Below are positions 33,262 through 43,480 of a stretch of 64,000 nucleotides of DNA, piece by piece. The DNA is taken from assembly GCA_937625935.1 (NCBI GenBank), contig OW569390.1, forward strand, positions 62,001 through 126,000, written 5' to 3'. A program made the translations under genes and the position numbers. The notes under the pieces are model-generated. The model had not been told where the DNA came from. It worked only from the letters and a program-made list of their open reading frames with translations, and did not search any database. Numbering within the stretch: the first letter of the stretch is position 1; every line of letters starts with the position of its first letter. Source of the DNA: Tetramitus jugosus (lineage: Eukaryota > Protista > Heterolobosea).

Positions 33262-33478
33262 CACTTGGTTGTTTTTTGGTTTTTTTCAATGGAAAAAGAA
33301 AAAAGGAACTTGAAAAATTAAGCGAAAAAATTTGTTGCAGACAGATTCCGTTGAGATAGGGATTGCCTTATTTGCAAGCTTTTGAAATATTGCCCAGCGA
33401 GGACATTAGGACCTTGTTTCTCAATTTGCGTTGTATCTCTCACTAGATGAGGGATGTGTTCACCAACGACTTTACTTG

Positions 33479-35494
33479 TTATTCAATTTGCTTCTTGTTG
33501 GCTTTTTGTGATTCCAAATCTCGAATCCAGAACATGACTAAACATGACACGAACACAATAAAGATATCCAGAAGAGAACCAAAGAATGCATTGTCACCCC
33601 ACAAGACAACAGTTCCCAAGAATAAGCGAGTTCCTTCAAATCCATGCATAATAGCAAGATTGGCACATGCCACAAGACACATGTTGAGAGAACCCAACAG
33701 TGCACCAATGAGCCTTCGCTGTATGAGTGTGAGAGACACTCGACGTGTGACAGCAGGGATAATCAAATGGATGACAACACCTTCTAGAACCATTAAGAAT
33801 GCGTTAAAGTAGGCCCATGCAACCCAGCGCCACCACAAATCATGCCAAATAGCCACAAAGCCGAATATGAACCACACACTGATCAATCTCGTCTTCTTTC
33901 CACCCATGGGCACATACATGTACTTGACAATCCACAGATACATGCTACGATGCCAATTTCGCCAAAACTCACTCACCAAATAATTGTTGCAGATGCAGCG
34001 AGTCATATTCTCAGGCACATTCTGACCGTCAAAAAGTGCCCAAACTCTAAAGAATCGCCAAATGATGGTAAACTTGACATACATGTACACCAGTGTAGAG
34101 AATCCAACAGTGGACACTTGCATGCTAGACATGGACATGATCGAGGAGCAGAAATTATCAGTGTTGAGTCTCCAGCAGTCGTGTTCATTGAATCCAACAA
34201 AGTACATGAAATGCAATGCCAATTCCAAGAAGAACAAGTACACAACAAGCATGACAGTCATCCGTATCAATTGCCTCTTTGGTACTTCCTTTTGTGGACG
34301 GTACAGGTAGGAGATGAATGCATTATAGGAGCAAATAGGACCAGCAATGTACGTTGGCAAATAGAATACGTACATCAAATAGTACAGCAGATTGTAGTCG
34401 TTTTGAAGAGATCTTAATTCCTCTTGTCGTCTCCTATACTCTGACCATTGATTCTGTGGAGGAGCAGCACTACTGACACTTCTCAACGGAGATGAAGTTG
34501 TCGATGATGGAGATGAAGATGGAGACAACAAGGGAAGTGTCGATGATACAGATGACATATCATCGAACAATGATGGAGACGATGCCACTTGTTGTTGTTC
34601 AAGAGAGGTAGGACTCAATGGACTCACAGAATCAACACCCATCAACAACTGATCCGCACCTCCACTACCATAGTAACTGATCATCTCACGATTCACCATC
34701 TCTCTCAGATCCATATTGTACGATATCAATCGACACATGGTAATATTAAAGTATGTGCTCCAGTTGAGTTGACCAGCGAGTGAAGAATACCAATTCCTCA
34801 GACCAAAAAAACTTAACACATTCATCGTGAATCCATTGTATGCACTATAGTAGTCACTTGACACGAGAATGACCAGATTGAACAACCATGTGATCAATGG
34901 TTGGAATCGATAGTGTCTTAGCTTTGTTCCAATCAAGTAATTGATCAGAGCTACAGTGATCGGGTACAGCGCATTGATACCAAACAGGAAAAAAAGGAAA
35001 GCAAAGCTCGTCAACAAATAAAACGAGCTGTGTAAGGGACTCACCACATGATATTGAAAAATGGCGCCATTCGGTCCAATATTTTTCCCCGCTTGTTCCG
35101 TGCTGCGAAACAACCAACGGCTAATCACACTGTAAATCAGTGCGGAGCCCGCCAAAATCGGTAAAAATTGTCGAAAGCTACTCCATTGAAAATCACTCTG
35201 ATCCATTTTTCGATTCAAAAACCAACCTGGTCTCAACCGCAACGGATACCCATATTCATCCGCTACTTCTTCGCGCCATTTTCCAGCCATGCTCAAATTG
35301 GAACAAACAAGACCTAAAAAAACAATGCACAGGATCACGATGGGAGAGATAATGAACCATCGTGGTAGTTTATGCTGTTGTTGTTGAGAAGATGACTTTT
35401 GCAGGTTGGTGGGATGATAATGTTGTTGCTTTAAAGTTTCATCACCATGCATGGATGATGTGCTCCGCACGGTTGGTATCGTTGTGGGAAGCAT
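33479..35494 (-). CDS. GUP1: MBOAT O-acyltransferase, GUP1/HHAT-like
   Basis: Motifs LRPGW..RKMD.SD.QW..FR, FNITMCRLISYNMD, FYLPTYIAGPI.SYN.F, ENM.RC..NNY...FWR.WHRS and FVAIWHD (catalytic His). Confidence 0.9.
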   Translation of the reverse strand: MLPTTIPTVRSTSSMHGDETLKQQHYHPTNLQKSSSQQQQHKLPRWFIISPIVILCIVFLGLVCSNLSMAGKWREEVADEYGYPLRLRPGWFLNRKMDQSDFQWSSFRQFLPILAGSALIYSVISRWLFRSTEQAGKNIGPNGAIFQYHVVSPLHSSFYLLTSFAFLFFLFGINALYPITVALINYLIGTKLRHYRFQPLITWLFNLVILVSSDYYSAYNGFTMNVLSFFGLRNWYSSLAGQLNWSTYFNITMCRLISYNMDLREMVNREMISYYGSGGADQLLMGVDSVSPLSPTSLEQQQVASSPSLFDDMSSVSSTLPLLSPSSSPSSTTSSPLRSVSSAAPPQNQWSEYRRRQEELRSLQNDYNLLYYLMYVFYLPTYIAGPICSYNAFISYLYRPQKEVPKRQLIRMTVMLVVYLFFLELALHFMYFVGFNEHDCWRLNTDNFCSSIMSMSSMQVSTVGFSTLVYMYVKFTIIWRFFRVWALFDGQNVPENMTRCICNNYLVSEFWRNWHRSMYLWIVKYMYVPMGGKKTRLISVWFIFGFVAIWHDLWWRWVAWAYFNAFLMVLEGVVIHLIIPAVTRRVSLTLIQRRLIGALLGSLNMCLVACANLAIMHGFEGTRLFLGTVVLWGDNAFFGSLLDIFIVFVSCLVMFWIRDLESQKANKKQIE

Positions 35495-35619
35495 GATCTT
35501 GCTGCTGGTGTTTTGATTGAGTTTTGTTGTGTTTTCTGGCTGGGATCTATTTTGGTAATTTTTTGTTTCATCGACCCGTTCTCCGACTTGACCGTAAAAA
35601 AAATCACAAACAAAAAACA

Positions 35620-37614
35620 ATGCAAACATCAACAACATCATTACCACCACTACCCAGCAGTATCACACAACAAGTAACACCCAGAACAACACCAACAAAC
35701 AATAATGAAAATCAAAAACTAAAACCGGTTCTCAAATCCATTGTTCCTAAATTGGAACGTTCCACTTTGGATCAGACATGGATACGTCGAATTGCACAAG
35801 AGGAGCTCTATGCCCTGTTTGCCAACATTATCGGTGAAAAAACACTCATGATTGATCCATCACTCATTGGTCCTCTCGCCCTCATTATTCCCCTCTCTGT
35901 TCTTACCGCCAAAATGTCCGTTTCGCGCCAAATTTTTCGTCTCGACGGAGTAACTTTAATTCCGAGCGAACAATTACCAAAGATCCAACATTTGGTTGTG
36001 CTAACGAGACCAAGGATCGAATACATGCGAAACTTGAGTCGCATGCTCCAATTCCTTCACAAGAACTTTGAAAATGAAATGAAACGTATTCAAGTCCACT
36101 TGTTCTTTGTTCCAAGACGAACCATGGTCTGTGAGCTTTTCCTAGAGAAGAGTGCAGTGTATCACATGCTGACGACCATTGGAGAATATAGCTTGGATCT
36201 CATCCCGTTCGACAACAATTGTTTGCTGTTGGAGCTCCCTAGCTTTCATCGCGAATGGTTGTTGGAGGGGGACACGAGCGGACTTTATTTTGTCGCTCGG
36301 AGTATTGTGAAGCTAGAATCGTGCTACGGTTTGATTCCTCAAATCAAATGGTGTGGACGATTGGCGGAGCAAGTGTGGAGAATGGTGAGAGACATGAGCT
36401 CGAAATTGACCTTGTCGTCACAAACAAAAGCTCAGAGCTCTTCTTCACAAGAGAAGCTGCAACAACAAGGATTGAATCCGTTGTTGAATCAAGTAAGCAA
36501 GGAAATTGATGAAATGATCTTGTTTGATAGACAAGTGGATTATGTGAGTTGTTTGATGACTGGATTGACCTATGAGAGCTTGATTGATCAAGTGTATGGA
36601 CTAAAGAACAATTTGATTACTGTGGAGCAAACGGTAGAGCACAAGAATGAACAGGACAGGACAGTCACACAAAAGAAGGTGAGCACAAAGTTGCCCTTGA
36701 ACGATGATGATGTCATTTATTATCAAACTCGTCATTTGAACTTTTTAGCTGTTGGTCCACAGCTTCAAACTGTGGCAAGAGAGGTCGAAGCCGTGTACGA
36801 ACAGCGAAAATCGCTCAAGGAAGTCAAGCAAATCAAGGATTACATGAAACAGTTGCCAGAGTTGCAACAAAAGCACAAGGATCTTTCCACTCATTTGACC
36901 ATTGCTAGCAAAATCAAAGAAATGACATTGTCGCACGATTTCAGGAAGATGATTGAAACGGAGCAGAATTTGATTCTTCAAGAAGATGAAAAGGCATGCA
37001 TGGAATATATAGAGATGTGTATTATGAGACAGGATCCGTTGGACAAGGTACTTCGGCTGTTGTGTCTCATGAGCATTACCAAGAATGGTCTCTCACAAAA
37101 AGAGTTTGATCATCTGAGGAATGAAATTGTAATCTCCTATGGTCACTTCACACTGTTGACACTGGACAATTTGCAACGTGCTGGTCTGTTGACGCGCAAC
37201 AATGGCAGAGGAAATTGGAAAACTGTCAGAAATACGTTTAATCTCATGTTGAGAGATTTGGATGAGAGAAGACAGGACGATATTGCCTATGTCCACTCTG
37301 GTTATGCACCGCTTTCCGTGCGTGTCATTCAAAAGTCTCAAAATCCAACTGCATGGAACCAATTAGAGAATTCAAAGAGCAGCTTCTTGCAGCCTAATGT
37401 ATCGGTGGGCAGTGAAACCCAAAGACCAGTATCTCCTGATGTCAATTCAACGTCAAGAAAGAAACGCGTTCTCTGTGTGTTCGTTGGAGGCATAACCAAA
37501 TGCGAGATGAATGCTTTAAGAAGCATGCAGAATAATAGCAACACAGAATATATTGTAATGAGCACGAGCGGTAATGGTGAACGTGTTCTGTCGGAGCTGT
37601 TTGAAGTATTGTAA
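35620..37614 (+). CDS. VPS33: Vacuolar protein sorting 33 (Sec1/Munc18 family)
   Basis: Motifs KTLMIDPSLIGPL, FFVPRRT.VCE..LE, DRQVDY...MT.LTYE.LID, VLRLLCL.S...GL, DIAYVHSGYAPLSVR and VFVGGIT..E..ALR. Confidence 0.92.
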   Translation: MQTSTTSLPPLPSSITQQVTPRTTPTNNNENQKLKPVLKSIVPKLERSTLDQTWIRRIAQEELYALFANIIGEKTLMIDPSLIGPLALIIPLSVLTAKMSVSRQIFRLDGVTLIPSEQLPKIQHLVVLTRPRIEYMRNLSRMLQFLHKNFENEMKRIQVHLFFVPRRTMVCELFLEKSAVYHMLTTIGEYSLDLIPFDNNCLLLELPSFHREWLLEGDTSGLYFVARSIVKLESCYGLIPQIKWCGRLAEQVWRMVRDMSSKLTLSSQTKAQSSSSQEKLQQQGLNPLLNQVSKEIDEMILFDRQVDYVSCLMTGLTYESLIDQVYGLKNNLITVEQTVEHKNEQDRTVTQKKVSTKLPLNDDDVIYYQTRHLNFLAVGPQLQTVAREVEAVYEQRKSLKEVKQIKDYMKQLPELQQKHKDLSTHLTIASKIKEMTLSHDFRKMIETEQNLILQEDEKACMEYIEMCIMRQDPLDKVLRLLCLMSITKNGLSQKEFDHLRNEIVISYGHFTLLTLDNLQRAGLLTRNNGRGNWKTVRNTFNLMLRDLDERRQDDIAYVHSGYAPLSVRVIQKSQNPTAWNQLENSKSSFLQPNVSVGSETQRPVSPDVNSTSRKKRVLCVFVGGITKCEMNALRSMQNNSNTEYIVMSTSGNGERVLSELFEVL

Positions 37615-37838
37615 TATCATCTGTGTATAAAACCTGTATTTATTTATGATTAGAACACAAGTTGAGCTTCACATTACTCTCGATGAATACATTACTTTCA
37701 TGGTCCTGAAGTCGGAAACAACAATGGATGCCTGGCAAAATAGAAACAGCTCTTAAGAGATACGTTCAACAAAGCGAACCTCTTAGGCAATAGTCTATGT
37801 CTGATCTCGCTGCGGCTACATTATTAACATAATTGAGA

Positions 37839-39563
37839 TCAAAATTCCCAGACATAAACCATGGATCGAGAAAGATTGAATACTCCAGTTGCGTGAACTG
37901 GATCAAATTGAGCACCTGCAGCAATACATGTAGCATCCATCTGGAAATTGTAAACTCTGCCTGCTAAGCCACTTGACTGCTGTCGAGGTGTGTAGTTACC
38001 CACAGACTCGGCTTGGATCAAATTCTCGGGATTGAACAATCGAGGACACCAAAACGATACATCACTGGGCCCATTTACATTGGACGCAACAGATCCACGC
38101 CTCATTCTGCATGAATATTCAATCGGATAGCCAGAAATGCCCGCACGATCAGCAACAGCAGGTCGTTGCGTTCGTCGAGGCAAAAGTTCTTCACGTGCTC
38201 CAGATGTCAAGCGTGGAGGAATGAGACATTGCTCCAACTTTCCAGTCTTGTAATTCCACACAATTGCAGAGCCATCTGCTAAACAAGTAGTAAATAATCC
38301 TTCGGTAATATTATCAACACAGAGCGACACAACACCTCCCATAAGATTTTCAATGTTATGTATTGGCTCTTCTTTTCCTAACATTCTTTCATCCCATATA
38401 CGTATGCTTCTATCCAACGACGTGGTAATAAAACAATGCCTCTGTGGTATATACTGGATACAGCTGACAAGATCAGAATGAGCCCTGAATGAAAAGGACT
38501 CCTGGGACTTCAACGGATGAATGTGAACCATTCCGTCACACATTCCGGCAAATACACTCGAATACTTCTGACTCATCACTGGACCCTCTTCCAGACACCA
38601 GGTAAGGACGCCTGAGTCAATCTTTCGAACGCTCACACCTTTCTCGATGTCCCAGACACGAACTGTTTTGTCTCTGGAACAAGAAACAAGCCTATTGAGC
38701 TCTCTTCTCGACGGTAGAATACACTTTACTCGGTCTGTATGGCCATGCAGCTTGCGATTCATTCGCAAGCTTTCCTCCTGTTGTCCCAAGCGAGTCAACT
38801 CCCAACAACCAATTGTCTTATCAAACGATGAAGTGAAAAATTGAAATTGATCACTGTGTTGACTCAACGATGATTGAGCTGGACTCACTCTTTGGACTTC
38901 AATATTATTGATCGCATCATGGTGATGGCGCTTGGAATGAGCAAGAGTCCAATCACCTTTGGCCAATAGCTTCTTCTTGCACACAAACACCTTGCCATCA
39001 ACAGAAGCACACAACATGTACTTGTAGCTAGAATCATCAGACAAATCATCCAAATCTGCACTCAAATCATCATCACTAGGATAATGATGAGAGCTAGGAG
39101 GAACCATATGGACAAACGAATGAAAAAGCTTTATGCATGAGATGGGATGACGTTGTACATCTGATGCCGAATCCAGTGAAAGAGTTACACATTCTCTTGG
39201 TCCTCCCATACCGAATCGTTGACTTGCACGATAGCACTTGAACACGAATTGGAACCATAAGCAACCACCACCTGAAGCAACCTCTTGATTCTCCATCGTC
39301 ACATCCTGTTCTTCGTCTTCCTCAATGAGATGAGCTTGAACGTCATTTTTGCACTTTGTAAAGTGATCATAGTTTGGGTGTGCAATATCATGTCGCGATC
39401 CAAAATTTTGTACATAAATTTGGCGCCAAAATTTTATGTCGTTCCGATCGACCGCCTGATGGAAAAAATGAGAAACATTTGGAAAAGTGTCAAACAGATG
39501 ATTCAGCGGACAAAAGGAGAAGATATCACGAAGAAGATCTGTGGCTAGCTCATCAAGTTTCAT
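37839..39563 (-). CDS. F-box/WD40-repeat protein
   Basis: F-box LDELATDLLRDIFSFCP...VSHFF. WD40 units GHTDRVKC...SCSRDKTVRVWD and AHSDLVSCI...SLDRSIRIWD. Confidence 0.9.
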   Translation of the reverse strand: MKLDELATDLLRDIFSFCPLNHLFDTFPNVSHFFHQAVDRNDIKFWRQIYVQNFGSRHDIAHPNYDHFTKCKNDVQAHLIEEDEEQDVTMENQEVASGGGCLWFQFVFKCYRASQRFGMGGPRECVTLSLDSASDVQRHPISCIKLFHSFVHMVPPSSHHYPSDDDLSADLDDLSDDSSYKYMLCASVDGKVFVCKKKLLAKGDWTLAHSKRHHHDAINNIEVQRVSPAQSSLSQHSDQFQFFTSSFDKTIGCWELTRLGQQEESLRMNRKLHGHTDRVKCILPSRRELNRLVSCSRDKTVRVWDIEKGVSVRKIDSGVLTWCLEEGPVMSQKYSSVFAGMCDGMVHIHPLKSQESFSFRAHSDLVSCIQYIPQRHCFITTSLDRSIRIWDERMLGKEEPIHNIENLMGGVVSLCVDNITEGLFTTCLADGSAIVWNYKTGKLEQCLIPPRLTSGAREELLPRRTQRPAVADRAGISGYPIEYSCRMRRGSVASNVNGPSDVSFWCPRLFNPENLIQAESVGNYTPRQQSSGLAGRVYNFQMDATCIAAGAQFDPVHATGVFNLSRSMVYVWEF

Positions 39564-39729
39564 GCTTGTTTTTGGTGTGCTTTTTGTTCGCTCTGATAGT
39601 TTTCCGATGTTTTCTTCGGTAAAAGAACTTCCGTTTTTTGTAATTCGAATTGGCCGCAGTTTTCTCCGGGATCAACCAAAGAACAATAAGGCAATTTCAA
39701 GTTTACCTAACAATCCTAACCAACAGACA

Positions 39730-40158
39730 ATGTCCGTCCCTATCAACAACGAAAGTTATCAATACGTAGGCACACAACCATACTCCTACCAGCAACCAAA
39801 CTATTATCAGACCTATCCTCAACAACCACAATACGTGTACAGTGGCGGTGGTTTCGCACCAGTTGACTCCACACTAGTTAGTGGTTACCCTTCTGCGTAT
39901 GACCCGGTCAAGGCCAAATCTGATGAAAATACTGCTCTTCTCTTGCTCATTGTAAGCTTCTTCTTTGGAGGTTTCATCCTATGGCTCGTCATCTACTTTA
40001 TGTTCAAGAAGAGTCAGTCTGATCAGGCAAGAATGTATGCAAAGATTGCTGGTGTATTGAGCATACTGTCGATCATTCCATTCATTCTGTTCCTGGTGCT
40101 CATTGTCATTTATGTGATTGTTATTTTGATAGTGGCTACTCATAGTGGGAATCAATAA
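39730..40158 (+). CDS. Small membrane protein: Tyr/Pro/Gln-rich N-terminus and two TM segments
   Basis: ATG at 39730 after a CAA-rich leader. Composition and hydrophobic segments as described. Confidence 0.7.
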   Translation: MSVPINNESYQYVGTQPYSYQQPNYYQTYPQQPQYVYSGGGFAPVDSTLVSGYPSAYDPVKAKSDENTALLLLIVSFFFGGFILWLVIYFMFKKSQSDQARMYAKIAGVLSILSIIPFILFLVLIVIYVIVILIVATHSGNQ

Positions 40159-41186
40159 GACCTTATTGGGAATTATTGTGCAATCGGTGGTGAAACAGCA
40201 CATGAATGTCTACGTTCATACAATAGTGGATCTTCCTTTGTATTCCTGCTGACAGATATCTTTGCTATCTATACGCTCTTAACGTTGTTGTTGGAAGGAA
40301 ATTAGCTGATTTGTTCTTTCCATAAACATCTCTCATATTTTTATTTCACTTCAAAAGTGCACACTAGTTCCCCTACCATCGAATGTCGAGGTTCGAGGAG
40401 TTCAAACGTCAACATTTCAGGTTTTACTTACTTATCGGATCATTTTCCGATATTTCCTCAATATGGCCATACAACAGCAACCTAGTGATAACGTTCACTC
40501 TCTCTATTTCCCATGCTTCGATTGCTTGTTTCTGATCCAATTATCATTGGAGGTCGTTCTTGCTTCTCTTTTTTTGACCTCTTCACACGGCCACAACGGA
40601 GCAATCGGTTCCAACAACAATACAAAATTATGAGCAGAGAACACAACTCAAGTGAAAATCCAATAACAAGCACAAGAGAAACCTTAGGAAGAGTCCAGCA
40701 CCTATTGATGTTCTTCTCTGGAGTTTGTGGATGCTTGTTATCTGGTTGACTACCTGCTTCAGGTGTTTGTGGGGGGCACGGAGAACAAGGAGGACATTTT
40801 TGTACTGGGCTTTCTGGGACTGGAATTTCAGGAACTTTTGGCTTGTTTTGATCGTCTCACTTCTTTCTTTCAATTTCCTCCATTTCCTTCTTTAACTTGT
40901 TTAATTTTTCTTCAGATGATTGAGTCATCTTTCACGCATGCTATTCAAAAACGTTTTGATTTCTTATCAATCTGAGTCGTTTTTATGCAGCAGTCTCAAC
41001 CCGCTCAACAGAACTGTTTCAAGAAGCAAAACTCAGTTTCAACTTGAATGATCGTATCATTGATCCTGATCTTCACGGTGGAACGTGCGATGAACTGGAC
41101 GAGAATGTTCCCACCGCCAAGGGAATAATCCCGGCCAGGGACAAGGAGGTGGTTGGTCAGATGGATAATTGATTTAGATATCAGCT

Positions 41187-42212
41187 TTAATTATGACCAA
41201 AAATTGCTTTTGCCTGGTACGGTTCTTCCAGATACTTGAGCTCCTCTTCTGACAATTCAATGTCCAATGCTTTGACACAATCCTTGATTTGTTCAATCTT
41301 GGTAACACCAATGATTGGAGACACAACTCCCTTCTTGTGCAACAACCAAGCCAATGACAATTGAGCAGTGGAACATTGCTTCTTGTTGGCAATTTCAAGA
41401 ACTCTTTGTCTAATGGTCTGATCCGCGTCAGAGAAACGAGCTTGGAAAAACTTTAGATAGTCGTCCTTTTCACTTCTAGTGCTGTCTTGTGCCTTGTCTT
41501 CAATCTTTGCGAGGTCACCACGAGCCAAAGGACTCCATGGTGTCAATGCCACCTTCTGATCAAGACATAGAGGAATCATATCTCTTTCTTCTTCTCTATA
41601 GAGAAGATTATACAAGTTTTGCATGGAAACAAATGGAGTCCATCCTTTCTCCTTTGCAATCTGTTGTGCCTTTGCAAATTGCCATGCATGCATGGACGAA
41701 GCACCCAAGTAACGAACTTTTCCAGATTTTACACAATCATGCAGAGCTTCCATTGTCTCTTCAATCGGGGTATCATAATCCCAACGATGAATAATGTACA
41801 AGTCAATGTAATCAGTCTGCAGACGATCCAAGGAATCTTGTACAGCATGCATAATATGCTTTCTGCTCAATCCACGAGCATTTCTATCCACAGCATCTGG
41901 ATTACTAAACGTATCAATCTGCTTTCCAGACTTGTCCACACCAAAGAACACCTTTGTAGCAATGACCACATTCTCTCTTGGAACTTGATACTGCTTTAGA
42001 AATTTTCCCAATGTTCTTTCACTCTCTCCGTTAGAATAGACATCAGCCGTATCGAAAAAGTTAAATCCCAGATCGAAAGCTTCCTTTAGTAACTTTGTTC
42101 CTTCTTCAGATTCGAGAACCCATCCTTGCCAGTTGGGACTACCGAATGACATGCATCCGAAGGTTAATTGTGACACCTGGAGTCCAGTGTTACCGAGTCT
42201 TGTGTACTTCAT
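41187..42212 (-). CDS. Aldo-keto reductase (YajO/aryl-alcohol dehydrogenase-like)
   Basis: Motifs MKYTRLGNTGLQVS...GCMSFG, FFDTADVYSNG.SE, IATKV, SLDRLQTDYIDLY.IHR, GKVRYLGAS, QNLYNLLYRE and WSPLARG. Confidence 0.95.
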   Translation of the reverse strand: MKYTRLGNTGLQVSQLTFGCMSFGSPNWQGWVLESEEGTKLLKEAFDLGFNFFDTADVYSNGESERTLGKFLKQYQVPRENVVIATKVFFGVDKSGKQIDTFSNPDAVDRNARGLSRKHIMHAVQDSLDRLQTDYIDLYIIHRWDYDTPIEETMEALHDCVKSGKVRYLGASSMHAWQFAKAQQIAKEKGWTPFVSMQNLYNLLYREEERDMIPLCLDQKVALTPWSPLARGDLAKIEDKAQDSTRSEKDDYLKFFQARFSDADQTIRQRVLEIANKKQCSTAQLSLAWLLHKKGVVSPIIGVTKIEQIKDCVKALDIELSEEELKYLEEPYQAKAIFGHN

Positions 42213-42584
42213 GTTGTGTTTTGCTTTGGTTCGTGTTCGTTGTAGGGTATGGTTGATGTCTATGATCAGAGCAGTTTTAAAGATCAGAAACCACGCATTG
42301 TTCCGCATCGCTTGATCAATCCGGAAAAACACACGCCTGGTTTGGGCTTTTCCTCAAATGTCATTCGTAGTAGGCGATGAAAGTGACGGATGAGAATTTA
42401 CAATTTGGGTGGAAGCGATTTCATAGGATAATTCCGACGTTCTCTCATATGTTGGATGATACCAATGAAAGAACAGAACAATGAAGACATGGAGTTGTGA
42501 AGTGAGCTGATGGTTAGATCATTCCACATTTTTTTATTTACAAATATATTTACAATCGCTATAGCTTACAAAGTATCTTTCCAA

Positions 42585-43163
42585 TTACTTCAATTGAACG
42601 ATCTTTCCATTACTACACTGGTATAGATACTTGTCAAAGCAAACACCATTACAGCACGCATCACGAATTCCACAGAGACAATTGTATGATGGCTTGTATT
42701 GGTCAGCAGAGCAGACATGGGTTGCGGTGGAATAACATACATCTCTGTATGCTCCAATAATGTTGTTATGGCAACATGAATCAGAAGCGGAGCATTGGAA
42801 AGTTCCACACTGATTTGTATTGGTGGACGAGGCTTTGAGAGAAGCCTTGACCAGATAGACTCTTTTCTTGATAGTACCTGTTTTCAAATCACAAAAGAAT
42901 TTGGCAGTGTTGTAACACACGCCATTGCAACATCTATCATACTTTCTACACAAACAGTTCTGTTGTGGCTTGTACTTGTCAGCATAGCAAGAATGGGTGT
43001 ATGGATTGTAACACTGTTGGCGATCTCCAATCACATTGTATCTGCAGCAATAGTCGTTTGCTGGACACACGTACTTTCCACAGATCAGAGTTTCGGTAGC
43101 GCAATTTGCATAGCCAATGAAAGCAATGACGATGGCAAAGAGTACAAGGCTAATGGTGTTCAT
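42585..43163 (-). CDS. Secreted cysteine-rich protein with two ~75-aa modules (CBM52-like spacing)
   Basis: Signal peptide, then two copies of CG...C.A.D.CC...CY...TH.C.AD.YKP..NCLC...D.CCNGVC[YF].....C..G.I. Confidence 0.75.
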   Translation of the reverse strand: MNTISLVLFAIVIAFIGYANCATETLICGKYVCPANDYCCRYNVIGDRQQCYNPYTHSCYADKYKPQQNCLCRKYDRCCNGVCYNTAKFFCDLKTGTIKKRVYLVKASLKASSTNTNQCGTFQCSASDSCCHNNIIGAYRDVCYSTATHVCSADQYKPSYNCLCGIRDACCNGVCFDKYLYQCSNGKIVQLK

Positions 43164-43480
43164 TCTCAAAGAGTTAATCTGTTCTTGTTTGGTTTTGTTT
43201 CTTTATCCATCAGGTGCTAAATGTCTATCACTTTTATACTATATACCTAAATCCTTTGAGATTGTATTGAATATTTTGTCACACATCAAGCGGAGTTTTG
43301 CTTCAAAATAGAATTAACTCCTTGACAAATACAAACTTTTTCATCTGGATCCACGGAAAATCAGCCACGTTATTGTGGAGAAGATCAATCCTGAGCCACT
43401 AAATCAGATTTCGCTTTACTGTGTTAATACTCGGAATTTGTAAATGAGTCTTCCTTCTTTCCGTTCCTTCTGAATTCACA

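Noticed and set aside
40200-41180. Coding-like intergenic stretch, with similar ones at 660-1050, 31570-32000, 51480-52200 and 53230-53800
   Set aside because: Only short ORFs with no recognisable motif. They may be decayed genes, but I cannot support a call.
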